A stretch of DNA of 64,000 nucleotides from Felis catus. Its lineage: Eukaryota. The stretch is from NCBI RefSeq assembly GCF_018350175.1, contig NC_058368.1, positions 200,386,001 through 200,450,000 of the forward strand, in the 5' to 3' direction. Within the stretch, counting starts at the first letter, position 1. Each line of letters starts with the position of its first letter. The position numbers and the translations under genes were made by a program. The notes under the pieces were generated by a model. That model was not told the DNA's origin. It searched no databases and saw nothing but the letters and a program-made list of their open reading frames with translations. This document shows positions 1 through 13,200 of this stretch, piece by piece.

Positions 1-108
1 CCGATTCTGTGTCTCCCTCTCTCTCTGCCCCTCCCCCGTTCATGCTCTGTCTCTTTCTGTCCCAAAAATAAATAAACGTTGAAAAAAAATTAAAAAAAAA
101 TAAATAAA
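1..108 (+). mobile_element. Young felid Can-SINE (SINEC_Fc-like), 3' part, truncated by window edge
   Basis: GATTCTGTGTCTCCCTCTCTCTCTGCCCCTCCCCCGTTCATGCTCTGTCTC...CCCAAAAATAAATAAACGTT followed by A-rich tail. Confidence 0.92.
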
Positions 109-159
109 CACAGACCTGGTTTAAAGAAAAATTTAAACAACAATGTAAGTCATATGTGA

Positions 160-860
160 GATATAGTTAGTTTTTGCTGCCATAAAACTTACCTCAGAGC
201 TAGCGATTTAAAATATAGCTGTTGAGGTGCACCTGGGAGGCTCAGTTGATTGAGTGTTCAACTTTGGCTCAGGTCATGATTTTATGGTTCATGAGTTCGA
301 GCCCTGCATCGAGCTCACTCCTGTCAGCGTAGAGCCCACTTCAGATCTTCTGCCCCCTCTGCCCCTTCCCTGCTTGTGTGCTCTCTCTCTCTCTTAGTCA
401 AAAATAAATCAAAATGTAAAATATAGCCATTTACTTATTTTACAATTTTGTAGAATGGTGATCTGGGCTGGCCCTTTTTGGACCATTCTTCTGGTCTAGA
501 TATGACTTGGTTAATCTCAGCTGGGCTCACTCATACTTCTCTCAGTAGCTGACTGGTTATCTATGGAATGGCTGGTTTCTAATGTCTTTGGCTGTGACAT
601 TCGGGATGACTGGGGTCCCCGTCAACAAAGTTTCATAACCTCTAGCAGGCTAGGCAAGTATTCGGATGATGGTAGATTTTCAGAGCAGTACAAAGGCTCA
701 TCCCAATGGGTAAGGGCTTTTTATATTCACTGCCCCATATCATATTTGTCAAACTGTGTCAGGTTTGTAAGTCTCATAGCCAAGGCCAGAGTCATTGTGG
801 GAAAGCAACCAACAAAGTGTGAGGATAAAAGGGAGATGTGAACAAATTTGTGAAAGTTGC
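160..860 (-). mobile_element. MaLR LTR (MLT1 G/H/I-like), interrupted by a SINE
   Basis: Begins like the reverse MLT1 terminus (TAGTT..TTGCTGC.ATAA..ACTTACC); CAGCTGGGCTCACTCAT and AAGTCTCATAGCCAAGGCCAGAGTC motifs resemble recalled MLT1 consensus. Confidence 0.6.
224..416 (+). mobile_element. Can-SINE
   Basis: tRNA-derived head GCACCTGGGAGGCTCAGTTG, GCTCAGGTCATGAT, (CT)n, A tail; TSD TAAAATATAGCnnTT at 209-223 and 417-431. Confidence 0.92.
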
Positions 861-1599
861 ACTTAAATGGCCAAGTAGATAGCATAATATATATAATTAT
901 ATATATTGGAGGAATGTTGATCAAACAACACTTTACCAAAATCTATAAAAGCTGAAGTTATTCTTTTTAAAAAAATACTTTTGTTATTTTTAGAGAATCT
1001 CTAATTACTAGAGATTAAAGTGTTCTCAAAATTATAAGGAATCTAAGTGAATTATAAGATATGACCTTAGCCTGTCATAAGATACAAATAATCTTTTGGG
1101 ACCAATAGGAACTGTACACCTAAGCAAATATGAAATGATAGAAAAAATAGTAATAAAATGTCTCATTAATTTATTGAAACTAGATTGTAATGTGGATATT
1201 TTGAAGAAAATAATATGCTTTCCTTTATTGTCTTTCTAAATACATGACATTGGTTTCTATTTGATTCTAGATATCTGATCCAGTATGAGTCTGATCTAGT
1301 CAAGAATATAGGCAATTTTAGGAAATTTAATCCATGTAAAATGAGAGGTTTAACAGATAATTATTGAGCAACCATAAATGAGCAAATTTACCATCTACAA
1401 AATAGACTAAAACAGTAAGACAGAATTCTTGTAAGTAAGGCCAATGTATTAGGAGATTTTCCAATATCTATTACATTTCCTTTAGTTTATTGAGGGTCAA
1501 GTCTTGAGAATTCAGCCCTAGAATTCTCCAGGTATGTAGAGAAAATTACTACCATTGCCTGTTATGATTTAATTATGGTGTTGAAGTTGGAAATGAGGA

Positions 1600-2310
1600 T
1601 AAATCAGAAAGGAAGTATCACTAAAATGAAAGCCTACCTCACTCCTGCTCTGTCCCTACTGAGGACTCTAGGAGGAAGCTCAGAATACTAAGAGTCAGAA
1701 CAGACAATAATGTGCCTTGATTTATCAGTATTGAGCTGCTTTGGATTCTTCTTCCTAAAACTCCAGGGATTGTTAAGACTGGGCCCAGAGTGGCTGGAAG
1801 TCTGTGTTAGAAACTAACAGAAGGGGCCACTACAGAAGGGATGAAGTCAGCTGAGTATGGTACACCTTCTGCATCAGGGCCAGTGTAACTCCAAAGAGAA
1901 CCAAGAGCCATCTTGATCACCAATGAAGGCCAAAGTAAGAGGTTTCTACAAGGGCATGCAATTGTACCAAACCCAAGCCTAGAGAGATACCCCATGATAC
2001 ATACCCAAAACAGAGGCACAACAAACAAGCATGCAGACGACACTCAGGTAAAAAATAAATTGTTTCCATCCACCCCAGGAACCAAGAGACTGTGAATCTT
2101 TTCCTTTAATATGATATTGAGTAATCTGTATCCCTACTACCTAGACCTACATGCCATCTTGGGAAGGGAAAGAGAAAAAGTAAGAAGATTAGAAATATGT
2201 TACTGTTATAGATTTCTTTTTCCAGTTAAAGTGAGCAAAAGTAAAGGCATTATTTAATTATTCAATGAGACTGAATTTCAATCTGAATTAAACATTTAGT
2301 TTTCATGCCC
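1600..2310. mobile_element. Probable old LTR remnant (family uncertain)
   Basis: GC-elevated non-coding block with weak resemblance to old eutherian LTRs; no clear termini. Confidence 0.25.
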
Positions 2311-2604
2311 AAACCCCTTCATCATGATCTGGTGAAGATGAATGTATGTATAAAATATAAATACTTTGTTTTAGATGTTAGAATTTTGATGTGTGTTAAG
2401 ACTGATAACCTGGAATATGTCCCTGCTTTATGTTTTAAAATAAATATACATTATATTTACTTATTCCTTTGACTATTTTGCACCACCATTTTTTTATGTT
2501 TTATTTTTTTCACAAATGTGGTACCTATGATACAACATGAGTAAAATAAATTTATTGAATAATTTCATGCTATTTGTCATTGACTATGTATAAATGATGA
2601 TAGC

Positions 2605-2790
2605 TAGCTTTCTGGCTTGAAAAATCTAGATAAATGGGAGTACCATTCACTGAGAAAGAAAAACAGAAGTGCATGATACTTGGATGGTATATGTTTAAAA
2701 GTTCAGTTTTAGATCTGTTTTGTTTGAGGGGTTTGAGTCATCCTGTAGAAAACATTATGTAGGCTACTGGCTTTGCAGTGCTACAAATGT
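2605..2790 (-). mobile_element. L2 fragment
   Basis: TTTCTGGCTTG...CCATTCACTGAG...AGTTCAGTTTTAGA..TGTT..GTTTGAG pattern of reverse L2. Confidence 0.6.
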
Positions 2791-3029
2791 TAGGATGGGA
2801 TCCTAACTTACAGGATTAATTTTTTTTTTCAAGATTTACATTTACTTAGACTTAAAGTGACTTCATTACAAAAAAGTAAAATGATCAAGGTTGTTCATTT
2901 TTCAGAGTTACACTAGCACTGAATTTGGTGCTTTGATATTTGTTTTATTCAATTTAAATACATATGCTTTTATAGTATATAACCTATTGATTTTCTTTTG
3001 GTATAATTCAACTCTTGCTGATGTTTCTT

Positions 3030-3390
3030 CTTTGCATTCTTGTGCCCTCTAACCACAGGCCCTTGGACTGTCTGAAATGCTCTTCTCTGTACCTCAGAGA
3101 ACTTTCTTTCCACTTCCTGTTATCATCCATAGTTAGTTTCTACGTTTTCCAAGGAGTCCTTTCTTACTTTCCCAATGGAGCTACTTGCTCCTTATCACTC
3201 TTAGAGAACAGTATATCTCTCTTTGTTGTCATTTACCACAGTTTCATTGTTACTCTATTTGTGTTTATTTGGTTAATATTTTACTCCCCCTTAGGATGTT
3301 GTGTTCACTTTGGCCTACCTCAATACCTAATCGAAAATCTGTCACAGTAGTGCTCAGTAAATATTTGTGAAAGAAAAACTAAATGAATCA
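3030..3390 (+). mobile_element. L2 3' end
   Basis: Ends CACAGTAGTGCTCAGTAAATATTTGTGAA, the L2 3' terminal motif. Confidence 0.65.
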
Positions 3391-4044
3391 GAGAATGGCT
3401 GTTAAGGTATAAAGTATTTAAGTAAAACACTTCATAAGTTCACTTCATTAGTGCATAACTCTTTCTATAACTCTTTCTATACTTATACCACTAAATTTCT
3501 CTTGTATGAATGATGGCTTTAAGATATCATTTTTCATGGGCTCTTTCTAAAATTTGCTTTAAGTTTCTGTTTTCTTTTATGGAAAATACTAAAACTAAGT
3601 TCATTTGTTCTTGTTGACTTTGAATCATTATAAGCATATTTAATCATACTCTGTGTTATTAGAGTTGGTGTTTCCCCTTACTGTTTTCTTCTGCAACCTT
3701 TAAAGCCAAAGTATCATTCTTTTTTTTTTTAATTTTTAAATTTTTTTTTATTTTACAAAAATATACAGCTTTTAATTTTTATTTTCTGGATAAAGAAAGT
3801 TGCCTAAATTTAAATAAAAACACAACTAGATTTATAGGAAGAAAGAACAAAAGACAATCACAATAGTGAAACGATTTAGAACACAGAGTCAGAGTTTTTG
3901 GATAAAACAGTGTTGAACACTCATACTTAGAAATGTGTAATAATTATTTTCACTTTGCACTTTCAAAAAGCTTAAAAGCATTAATAAAAACAGATTTAGG
4001 GAGGTCAGTTCTACACTTCTCTTTTCTTCATTTTATTTTTGTTA

Positions 4045-4236
4045 ATTTTATTTTTAATTTTTTAAAATTTACATCCAAATTAGTTAGCATATAGTGCAAC
4101 AATGATTTCAGGAGTAGATTCCTTAGTGCCCCTTACCCATTTAGCCCACCCCCTCCTCCCACAACCCCTCCATCAACCCTCAGTTTGTTCTCCATATTTA
4201 TGAGTCTCTCTGTTTTGTCCCCCTCTCTGTTTTTAT
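4045..4236 (-). mobile_element. 5'-truncated felid L1 (L1_Fc-like) 3' UTR
   Basis: TTTACATCCAAATTAGTTAGCATATAGTGCAACAATGATTTCAGGAGTAGATTCCTTAGTGCCCCTTACCC... preceded by T-rich tail. Confidence 0.85.
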
Positions 4237-4642
4237 AAAACAAAAATAATGTGAAAAAAATAACATAATTCTTTTATATGTCAAATTCCACCTTTTCTCA
4301 GAGTCCTTTGATACTAAACCTTTCTTCCTCCCTTAGATTGCTGCTTTTATCTGCTGTTGTCAAGCAAATAAGACATCCGAGCTTTTAAAAAAAGAGGCAA
4401 AATATGAATCAACAAGGAACTAAGTATAAATTTTAGGACTGAAGTAGAAAGCACTAAAGCAGAAATTTAAGGATTATTTCAAATATGCAACAAACTTTTT
4501 TGCTTATGTTTGAGTTTATAGATTTATTAAGTGTATTGCTTTTTTCTTAAATCTAACCCTAGAGAAGCAAGGTCTTCTCAAAGGGAAATAATTAGGAGAT
4601 AGTTTGATGGACCTTACCTGTGAAAAGTCTAGAGTTACCAAT

Positions 4643-4830
4643 TTCCAGTTATAAAATAAACAAGTCATAGAGTTCAAAAGTACAGCATAGGGATATAGTC
4701 AGTAATATTGTAATAGCTTCACATGGTGACTACACTTATGGTGAGCATTGACTATGTACAGAATTGCTGAATCACTGTGTTGTACACCTGAAACTAATAT
4801 AACATTGCATGTCAACCAACTTCAATAATA
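4643..4830 (+). mobile_element. L1 3' end (carnivore/L1MA-type)
   Basis: TTCCAGTTATAAAATAAA.AAGTCAT...TACAGCATAGGG...ATCACTGTGTTGTACACCTGAAACTAATATAACATTG. Confidence 0.8.
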
Positions 4831-6084
4831 ATATATCTAGCTGTTGGAATCATGAGAGTATAATCAAGATACCACTTCTCATATGGCGTTATGAATCCAA
4901 AACTAAGACAGTAGAACTACAATGAAATAAGCATAAGCTAGTGGAACTCACATGTATGAAAAGCCACCAAATCTCATAACCTCTTATAGAGCTTTTAATA
5001 ATTCTCCTCATCTTACTTTCAGAGAAGTGCAACAAACAAATGCTACTAGATCTAGATCTGGAAGGGTGTCTCTTACGTCTTTGTGTGTATAAAGCCCCAC
5101 AAGTGATCCAATTGCAATACTGGATCAAGAAAGAGCATTATCAACCAGCCAGCTGCTGAATTTATAAATGTTTACAGGGTGATTTCACTAGAAATTTTCA
5201 TTCTTGACTCTGAAACAAGCAGCCTACTGCATGATGGTGAAATTTTCTCTGGCACTTATATTATAGAGGTTGGACTGACTATTTCCCAAGGGTAAATGGA
5301 GATTACTCTATTCCACACATTTATGAGATTGTCTTAGTATGTCAGAGTCAGATTTCTATTCTTACCATTTTTCATTATTGTCAACTTTATAACTTCAGTC
5401 AATTATAGGGCTGCGTTATAAGATGTAGATTATATCAACCTTTTAAATTGGATAGACTGAGAATTTAAACCTTTCAGTTCCAACACTAGAAAGTAAACAG
5501 GTTAATAACGTATGACAAGAATGTTGAGACTGTAGAGGAAAAGTTTAGCTAAACTGGGGTTTTCTCTACTAATTAATAAAGACAGCAGTAGACTCAAGGA
5601 ACCTTTTAAATCCCCGTGAAAATGGTGTCTATTTTTCAAATGCTCAGTATCAGTTAATATCACATTTTTGTCTAGAAAACTTAGGCTCAATCTGTGTTGT
5701 TGAATAATTTAGGGACAATGATATATGGTTTGCCACATATACCCATGATAATATGAATCAATTTAGCAGGGAGGATAATGTTTTGAATCTTTTAGTTTCC
5801 TAGTAATTTTATAGTTTAATATAACTAAATTATTATTTTTCTTACTTTTATTTTGTATAGTTCAATTTTCCACAAATATAGTAAGTCCAGACATCAAAAT
5901 GATACCAGTAAATACATAAAGAGTGTCCTTTAGGAAAGTTAAATTTGACTTTGGCCATCATAATTCTATCTTAGATTTCACTGCTGAGAAACTGGTAACC
6001 TATACATCACTTAGTTCAGTGAATACTGACCTTTCCTCTATATTGATTATAATATATATTATTACTATAATATTTGATTGGTAA

Positions 6085-6310
6085 AGTGAATCCTAGTCTA
6101 GACTCTAGATGCAGACCTCCTGGATTCAATTCTGGCCCCTTAATTACATGCTCTGGGATTATAAGCAAGTTCCTTAATTATTTTGTGCCTTCGTTTCTCA
6201 TATGCAAAATAAGCACAAAACAATCATACCTTACACGGTTGTTAGGAGGATTAAAAAGTTTCTGCATATAATATGCTTAACACAATAAATAACCAGTAAA
6301 TGTTAGTTTG
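6085..6310 (+). mobile_element. MIR
   Basis: Core GCAAGTTCCTTAA..TGTGCCTTCGTTTCTCATATGCAAAAT, then GGTTGTTAGGAGGATTAA. Confidence 0.75.
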
Positions 6311-7187
6311 TATAAGTATATGTAACAGTAATACTATTCCTAATGCCAGAGTTTTAAGTGGAATGTAGAGGAATGCACTACTTTAACTCTATGATTGATA
6401 TCATGAAATACTGAATTTAATTTAATTTATCCTAAAATCAAGAGAAGACACATTTTAGTAAAGTGAGGACTAGAATGGAGAGAAACTGTGGGAAAACAAT
6501 TCTGTTTGGATCTTTCTTCAATTTTTGGAGACTCCTTAAAATGCATCTAAACAACAATTAGTTTGTTTTATAGAAAACATTTTATGAAACTATTTTATGA
6601 AAATTGTTTTATAGAAAACAAAGCATGGTGTTGAAAATACAAGAACCTCAATGAAAAAGAACAGTAAGAACACAAAATTATTTTGTATGTAATGTAAGAA
6701 GTCTTTCGGAAGGTTCTTTTAGTTCTCAATTTAGAGGCATCATGAGTGCTCAGAGTTATTGAGAAACTCTTTTATTGCATCACATCGAGGGAAAGAAATA
6801 GCAATGTAAGTGGACTGCTTCCTACTGTCTGTCAATTAGTAGGCTGAAGAAGACTATAGTGGACTGCATTAGGAGAAGTCCTTCATAAAGTTGAAGATTC
6901 TCAATGTACCACTGGGTGAAAAGCTAATCTATTTGATGCTTAGTAGTATGCTAAATGAGAAAGGAAAACCTTGATCACATTTAGAGAGAATTAGAAACAC
7001 AGAATAGTGCCAACTTAGAATCTGACTATACAAGTGAAACCTACTAATTGTTGACCTGAGCACAGTTATGTGAATCTTAACTTTATTTCCACCCAATGCC
7101 CAAGCAAATTGACATTTCAGAAATTGTATAAAAAAGAGCCAGATTAATTTCCAATCTCTTTTAAGATTAACATTAATAAATATGTAA

Positions 7188-7343
7188 TAAATAATATTTA
7201 TGGAATGCTTACTGTGTGGCAGGTACTATTCTAAATATTTGACAAAGTTTAAGTCACTTAGTCTTCACAACAGCCCTGTCAAGTAGATATTGTTATTCTA
7301 TCTACTTTATAGATGAGGCAACTGAGGCACATAGAGGTTAAGT
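7188..7343 (-). mobile_element. MIR
   Basis: TGCTTACTGTGTGGCAGG...TCTTCACAACAGCCCTG...TTTATAGATGAGGCAACTGAGGCACATAGAGGTTAAGT. Confidence 0.85.
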
Positions 7344-8787
7344 CAGCATCCAATGCTTCTGCTTATAACTAACATTGAAATAAAGGAATGTGTTTTTTAT
7401 CTGCTTGTTTTGATGTCATATAAAAAGAACAGATAACAGTAATAAGAGTTACAAAATGATTTTTTGATTAATTGAAAAATATTGCTGTATTATTTATTAC
7501 TATTTCAGTCATTCTCAAAGAAGCTAGAAGGAATTACCAGCAGGAACCTTAAATGTGAATAAAAAGGCTACAGCAGTTACATTTCTGCATGGAGTTATAT
7601 TGGGGTGAATAAGGAAATAAACATAAGAAAGATACAATTTCACATATTAAAAGGACAGTTTACACCCATACATGCATTTATGTGCTCCAAATTAGGCACA
7701 ATTCTGAATGTTCATTTTCAAAGTAGAAGGAAGAGTCTATGTTATTATCTCAGGGTATAATCATTTTACAAAGTGAAGAAAATTATATTTTGAAATTTTG
7801 AATCTGTTTACCCGTATTTCTTTGGTACTTTCATAGGAGAAAATAATTTTTCTCCTCTCCTTCAGGTTTGGGTGAAAAGCTCCCATTTTAAAGAAAAGCA
7901 GTGCAAAATTGTGAGCTCTGAATCGTCACTGTTGTTCTACATCCTGAGGATCGGTTTGAGACATTGAAAACTGCCCAACTACACACTTGAGCTGTGTCTG
8001 CAATTGTGTAATTTACTTAGGGTGCCACTGCTGAAAGCATCTTAATTGCTTGGTTTGTTTTGCCTTACCTCCTCACCTTTTCTCTTACCTTCTTTGCCGT
8101 GGTTCTGTCTGGTTACCGAGCATGCTGTTCCCATGAGTTCAAGCTCCTTTTTTTTTTTTTTTTCAGTGTTCTTGTTAAACAGCACACATATTTATAAAGT
8201 TAGGACTTCAGAGAAACTTCACAGTGCCTAATACTGCATATTTAACAATGAGACTTTAACTACCCACTTTGAAAGCCATGGCATACCATTTATGAAAACG
8301 AATCCTGTGGACCTCTTTCAGGTTAGTAGCCTATCCGGACATTAATTAGATTAAGATGTTATCATATCTTTTTACTTTGAAATGTTAGTTTTCACTTCCA
8401 GAACTCAGCCATATTATGTGTCTCTGCCTAGTTTTTAGACTACTTTACAGCCCAATTCAAATTTGGGATTCAAACTTACTTCCTCATAATGTCTGCCTTG
8501 CTATTAACGCCACATCACTCTAGCTCTCTTTTATGTCTTGTTAACAATTCTGGATCCAACTGAGTCTCTGTCACTTTACCTTGGTTGGCATCTTTATGGC
8601 AATAGTGCAAATATCCATTCACCTGGGAGAAAATGTTCTCTTTTTTCCACATTTCCCTTTTAGAATCCCCAGTTGCAGATAGTACTCAGTAGAATTACTC
8701 AAAGCAGTCCTCTTTTTCTTTAATGCAGTCCTCTTATATACTTTACATGTTCCTCTGTGTTAAATACAAAGAGCAGTTTGCTTCTTC

Positions 8788-9270
8788 CATTTATTGAGTA
8801 GCTACAATTTGCCAGACGTCATGAAGGAACCTAAACATACCATAGAGAGCTTATGCTCAAGTGGAGAAGACAGTTAATAAATAAGGAAATACATGATAAG
8901 AAAGCAAATTGTAGATTTTGGAGAGTGAGACAAAGCAAACAGGGTGTTATGATAGAGCGTATTGGAGGGTGGGGGGTATTGATATATGGCAGAAGTTTAC
9001 TTAGCATGAGTCAGCACCAGAGAGGGCATGTCCTTTTTCTGAAAGATGAGAAGGGGCCAGCTGAGTAAAGACCTTGGGGATGACACTGTGTGCAGAAGCA
9101 GTGGCAGGTGCAACAGAAAGCTTCAAGAGATTCCTTGACACATGGAAGGAATTGAAACACTAGATGAGATTGAAGAGGTTGGAAGTATCCTGATTACAGA
9201 TGACTATGCAGTGAATGATACAACAGGGTTTCTGTTCTTTTCAATAGTGATGATAAGCCATGATAAATTA
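8788..9270 (-). mobile_element. L2 fragment
   Basis: CATTTATTGAG..CTAC..TGCCAGAC start, GAGCTTAT..TCAAGTGGAGAAGACAG. Confidence 0.6.
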
Positions 9271-10179
9271 TCAACAGTCTCTCCTAGACTCCCATGGAAT
9301 GAAAGGCCTACATAGGTAGAATACATTACTTGGGCCAGAATCTGTGGCCAAACAACAGTATATTTGTGTAAAAAAATGGGCTATTAAGATGATTAATTCA
9401 CAGCTCTAATTACCTGTATCCTACTCTTTCCAACAAAATCAAATGGACCAGGCTACCTAATATATTGTATATCCATAAAATACATGAGCTGTAAATATAT
9501 TGATCTACTTATGGGGGACTTTACAGTACATTTGATAATAATAATTGAGTCAGTGTTACTATATCTGTTTTTTATACTTTTATGAGAAAGATGATGACAT
9601 TTGTTTAAATGTATGTAGTATACTTGGTATAAATGTACCTTTTACAAAGAAAGAATATACATCTTGTTAGAATCTTTTCTGGGCCTTTAATTTAAGTAGT
9701 ATTACAAATGTAGTCCCTATCCATGAGGTGAGAAAAACACAACAGGCCTTTGACTAATACTTTGCCAAATGATCATGAACATATATCAACGCTTATCTGT
9801 ACAGGTGGTTCTTGTACAGGAAACAGCATTATGCACACTTTGACTAAAGGTCACAGAGGAATAAATAAAGTTCTTTTTGAACTCGGCAAGAATTTATGGG
9901 AATGTAGCTTACTTTAAATAACAAAGTGGCAGCCTAACCCTCAAAATTCTCCATTGTATACACTCATTTCACTGACTTGACTCATTATGGAGATAAACTG
10001 GTCCTGACTGAAAGAGAAGGAAGTTTGTGTTGAAAGATGTATTACTAATAACCCTTTAGTTAATACTGGCATGAGATGCTTCTCAAGAACACTGGTCTGA
10101 AAGTTTCTTATCTTTTGGGGATTCAAACAGAAGAAGAAATCCAACAGTCAGTGATTCGAGAGTCAGTTTGTCTCTCTCC

Positions 10180-10218
10180 CTATCTGTCTGCCTATCTGCC
10201 TGCCTATCTATCTATCTG

Positions 10219-10264
<46 letters not shown>

Positions 10265-10277
10265 ATCTGTCTATCTA
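10180..10277 (+). repeat. (CTAT)n/(CTGT/CTGC) tetranucleotide microsatellite
   Basis: Direct tandem CTAT repeats. Confidence 0.95.
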
Positions 10278-13200
10278 TTCTACTTTAAAATGAAGTTTAA
10301 TGTAGAATTTGGGCAAATGTGTAAATTATACCTTAAAATAAAGGACTCAGTTTTAAGGTTGCTTCTGATGGAGTCCTCTGCCCAATTTTGGTTTCTTATT
10401 AGAGTTTTTTCTGCTTCTTGAGTTGATGTTTTGTTTTTGTTTTGTTTTTTTCTTTGCTCTTTCTCTTGGTAGAGTAGGTATAGCAGCAAAGGTATCATAA
10501 AAAAATAATTTCTGTATAATTTTATTCTACGTGTGGATAGAAAATATGTTTACAAATATAATCAACATAATATTTTACTCATATTTTTAAGAATTTATTT
10601 TCTAATTTGACAGGTGTATATTGAATAAATAATTCCTGCACCAGGAATGTCCCATGTACTTCATTCATGTGTGTTGCAGGATTTATCTAACCACTTGCCT
10701 GTGCATGAACCACAGTCTATCTCAGTTTCCTTATAAATTAAAATGCTTCAGTGGACATTTTTCAATAGATATCCTTGTAGACATGTTTTTTGAAAAGTCC
10801 ATGGTCTTAATCGTCATAATATATACTCTAAAACAAGGAGGGAACATCTTTTCAGTGTAGGTAAGTTATGTTTGACAGATAGTAATTGATGACTTAACCC
10901 CACAGAGAGAGGTGACCGGGGGACTAGGGTTGATGTTTGAAATTCTTAAGGAGCTAAGCATAACACCAAACACTGAGGATCTTGCTCCTACATCAGTGAT
11001 GACAGATTCTACAGGCCATATCTACATTGATATTTGTGGAATTTATAAATATGAAAATGAGATATATACCTAGTCTATGAGGATGGGTTGGTGTATCTAT
11101 CAACTTTCCTACCCATTTAACTACTATATATCTTCTCATAGAAATTGCTTTTTAGTTGTCCCTTTTTCCATACACCAATATCTTAGTCCACATTTTTTAA
11201 ATGATCTCAGCTGAACTCTTAATATTCTTCCTTGTATGAACGAAATACTATAAACTGACACTCGTGGCTTTGAATTCTGGATTTCTGTCTCTGCGACTTA
11301 TAGCCATATTCCCTCATAGTTTCAATAATGGTGGGGATGTCAATTTTTAAATAAGGTAAACTTTATTGTTCTTTCAGTTGTCAGAGCAGAAGCAGAAAGG
11401 GCATTATCTTTGATTTTAAAGGTATTTTGCTTAAAAAATAAATCAGTTCAAAGCATATTCTCTTCTTTTCTTACAGCTAAGTGTTTGAAAAACTGGTGAA
11501 AGTGTGGTCATTTAGTAACTATAAGAAGACAAACCCCTTAACCCTCGGCAGGTGTTACTTTGTAATGGCTACTTTCATTAATTTTTGCAATTTAATATAT
11601 ATTCAAATAGACATCATTGTTTTAGTTATTTATCTTTAAGCTACCAGTATTAATGCCCTATAGATAACTATAAGTCTAACGTCCAAAACATGTAAAAATA
11701 ATATCCAAATAAAGGTAAAAATGAAGGTAAATGGCTTTTAAGCATGTGCGTATTTAAAAAAATAAAACCTCTCTCCTTTACAAAAATGCATCAAATGCCG
11801 GCAGCTATAATGAAATATTGCTTATATTATAAATAAATCATGCCTTCTGAATTTTAAATAAAAAAAATGATCCAAGAGTGATAAGCTTTGTTGAGAGAAA
11901 AGCTAGTTTTAGAAGTATACCATTTAATGAAGTAATTATAAATGGGGATATAATATTTTAAAGGAAATGATTCACTTATTTACTAAATAAATATAGTATT
12001 CCTTCATAATAAGAAGGATAGGTAAAATAACATATATCTTTTCTTTGTTTTATAGTTAATCTTATCCAAAATGTCAGTATTTCACTCAATTAGAGAATGC
12101 CTTGAGTTAATTAATTGAAAATAGTTTAATAGCTATGTGAATAGAACCACTAGAAAGAATTCTATTCTTTGCAATCTAGCGTCCACACAGAGATCTCAGG
12201 GGTAGCCAATATTTTTGATAGGCTGAAACAGAGTTTGCTTTTAACTGGTCTATCAGAATTGAACAGTAGGGGACGATATTTCACTAGTTTGTGTAAAATC
12301 CATTAGCATTAAAGCAGAAAAATAGCCTTTAATGGGGCCACACAGCTAGTCAAAAGTAAAGACAAATCTGATAGAAAATGATTAATTTAAACTGACTTTT
12401 GTTTAAAAATATTTCTTTTTACTTGTTTATATAAATCAATTTTTGTTACTTGTAGAATATTTGTCTATACTGTCATCAGCATTTTTTAATGTTTAGATTT
12501 TATTGGAAAGGCATACTTATCTTTAGTGCTATTCTTACTACATTTTCCCGATTAGAATTCTCCTTAGGGGAAGACTTCACATTAAGAGATTTATTTAAAT
12601 TAAAAATATTTTATCCTCTAATTTTGCCAAGAAAAAAAAAGCCAAGAGTTAAGAACATATTAGGAGTAAAATCAGTGGTGATGCTTCCATAGAGTTTATA
12701 CCTGTGCTTTCAATTCTTTTCTGTGTAATAGACTGCGGGATGGGGGTGGGGGGAAAGAACTTTATCTTTTTTTATATTATATTATATATTTATATTTCTG
12801 CAATTGAGTCTCCCATAAGAGAGAATTCTGGCAATGAATGGTTCTAGAGTTTTCACTGGCAAAGCTGACTCTCACAAAAATTAATGGCAGAACATAAATG
12901 CATATTTATATAGAGATAACAAGAAAGTGTGGTGTAGTAAAATATTCCAAAGTAATGTTTTATATGCTTTTGAAGTTTGATATATTTTCTATGCCAACCT
13001 TGTCATGAAAACCAGCAGCAGGAAATTTACATGTTATTTTAAGTAGGGAGTATTTACTGATACTTATGTGTTCCAGTATCAAGCATTTTAACTATATGTA
13101 CTAATGAAATATTAAGAAATTAATTAACAGCTTATCTAGAAATCTCATGATTCATTTTTTTCTAGAAATAGAATTTCTATTTACTTTTCCAAGAAATGAT

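Noticed and set aside
4337..4423. Acceptor-like CTTCCTCCCTTAG followed by IAAFICCCQANKTSELLKKEAKYESTRN*
   Set aside because: Unrecognised peptide with no other support; consistent with a chance pseudo-exon.
6562..6620. Short local duplications (also near 3456, 23913, 47420, 54789, 54987)
   Set aside because: Ordinary 10-18 bp slippage duplications common in mammalian DNA.
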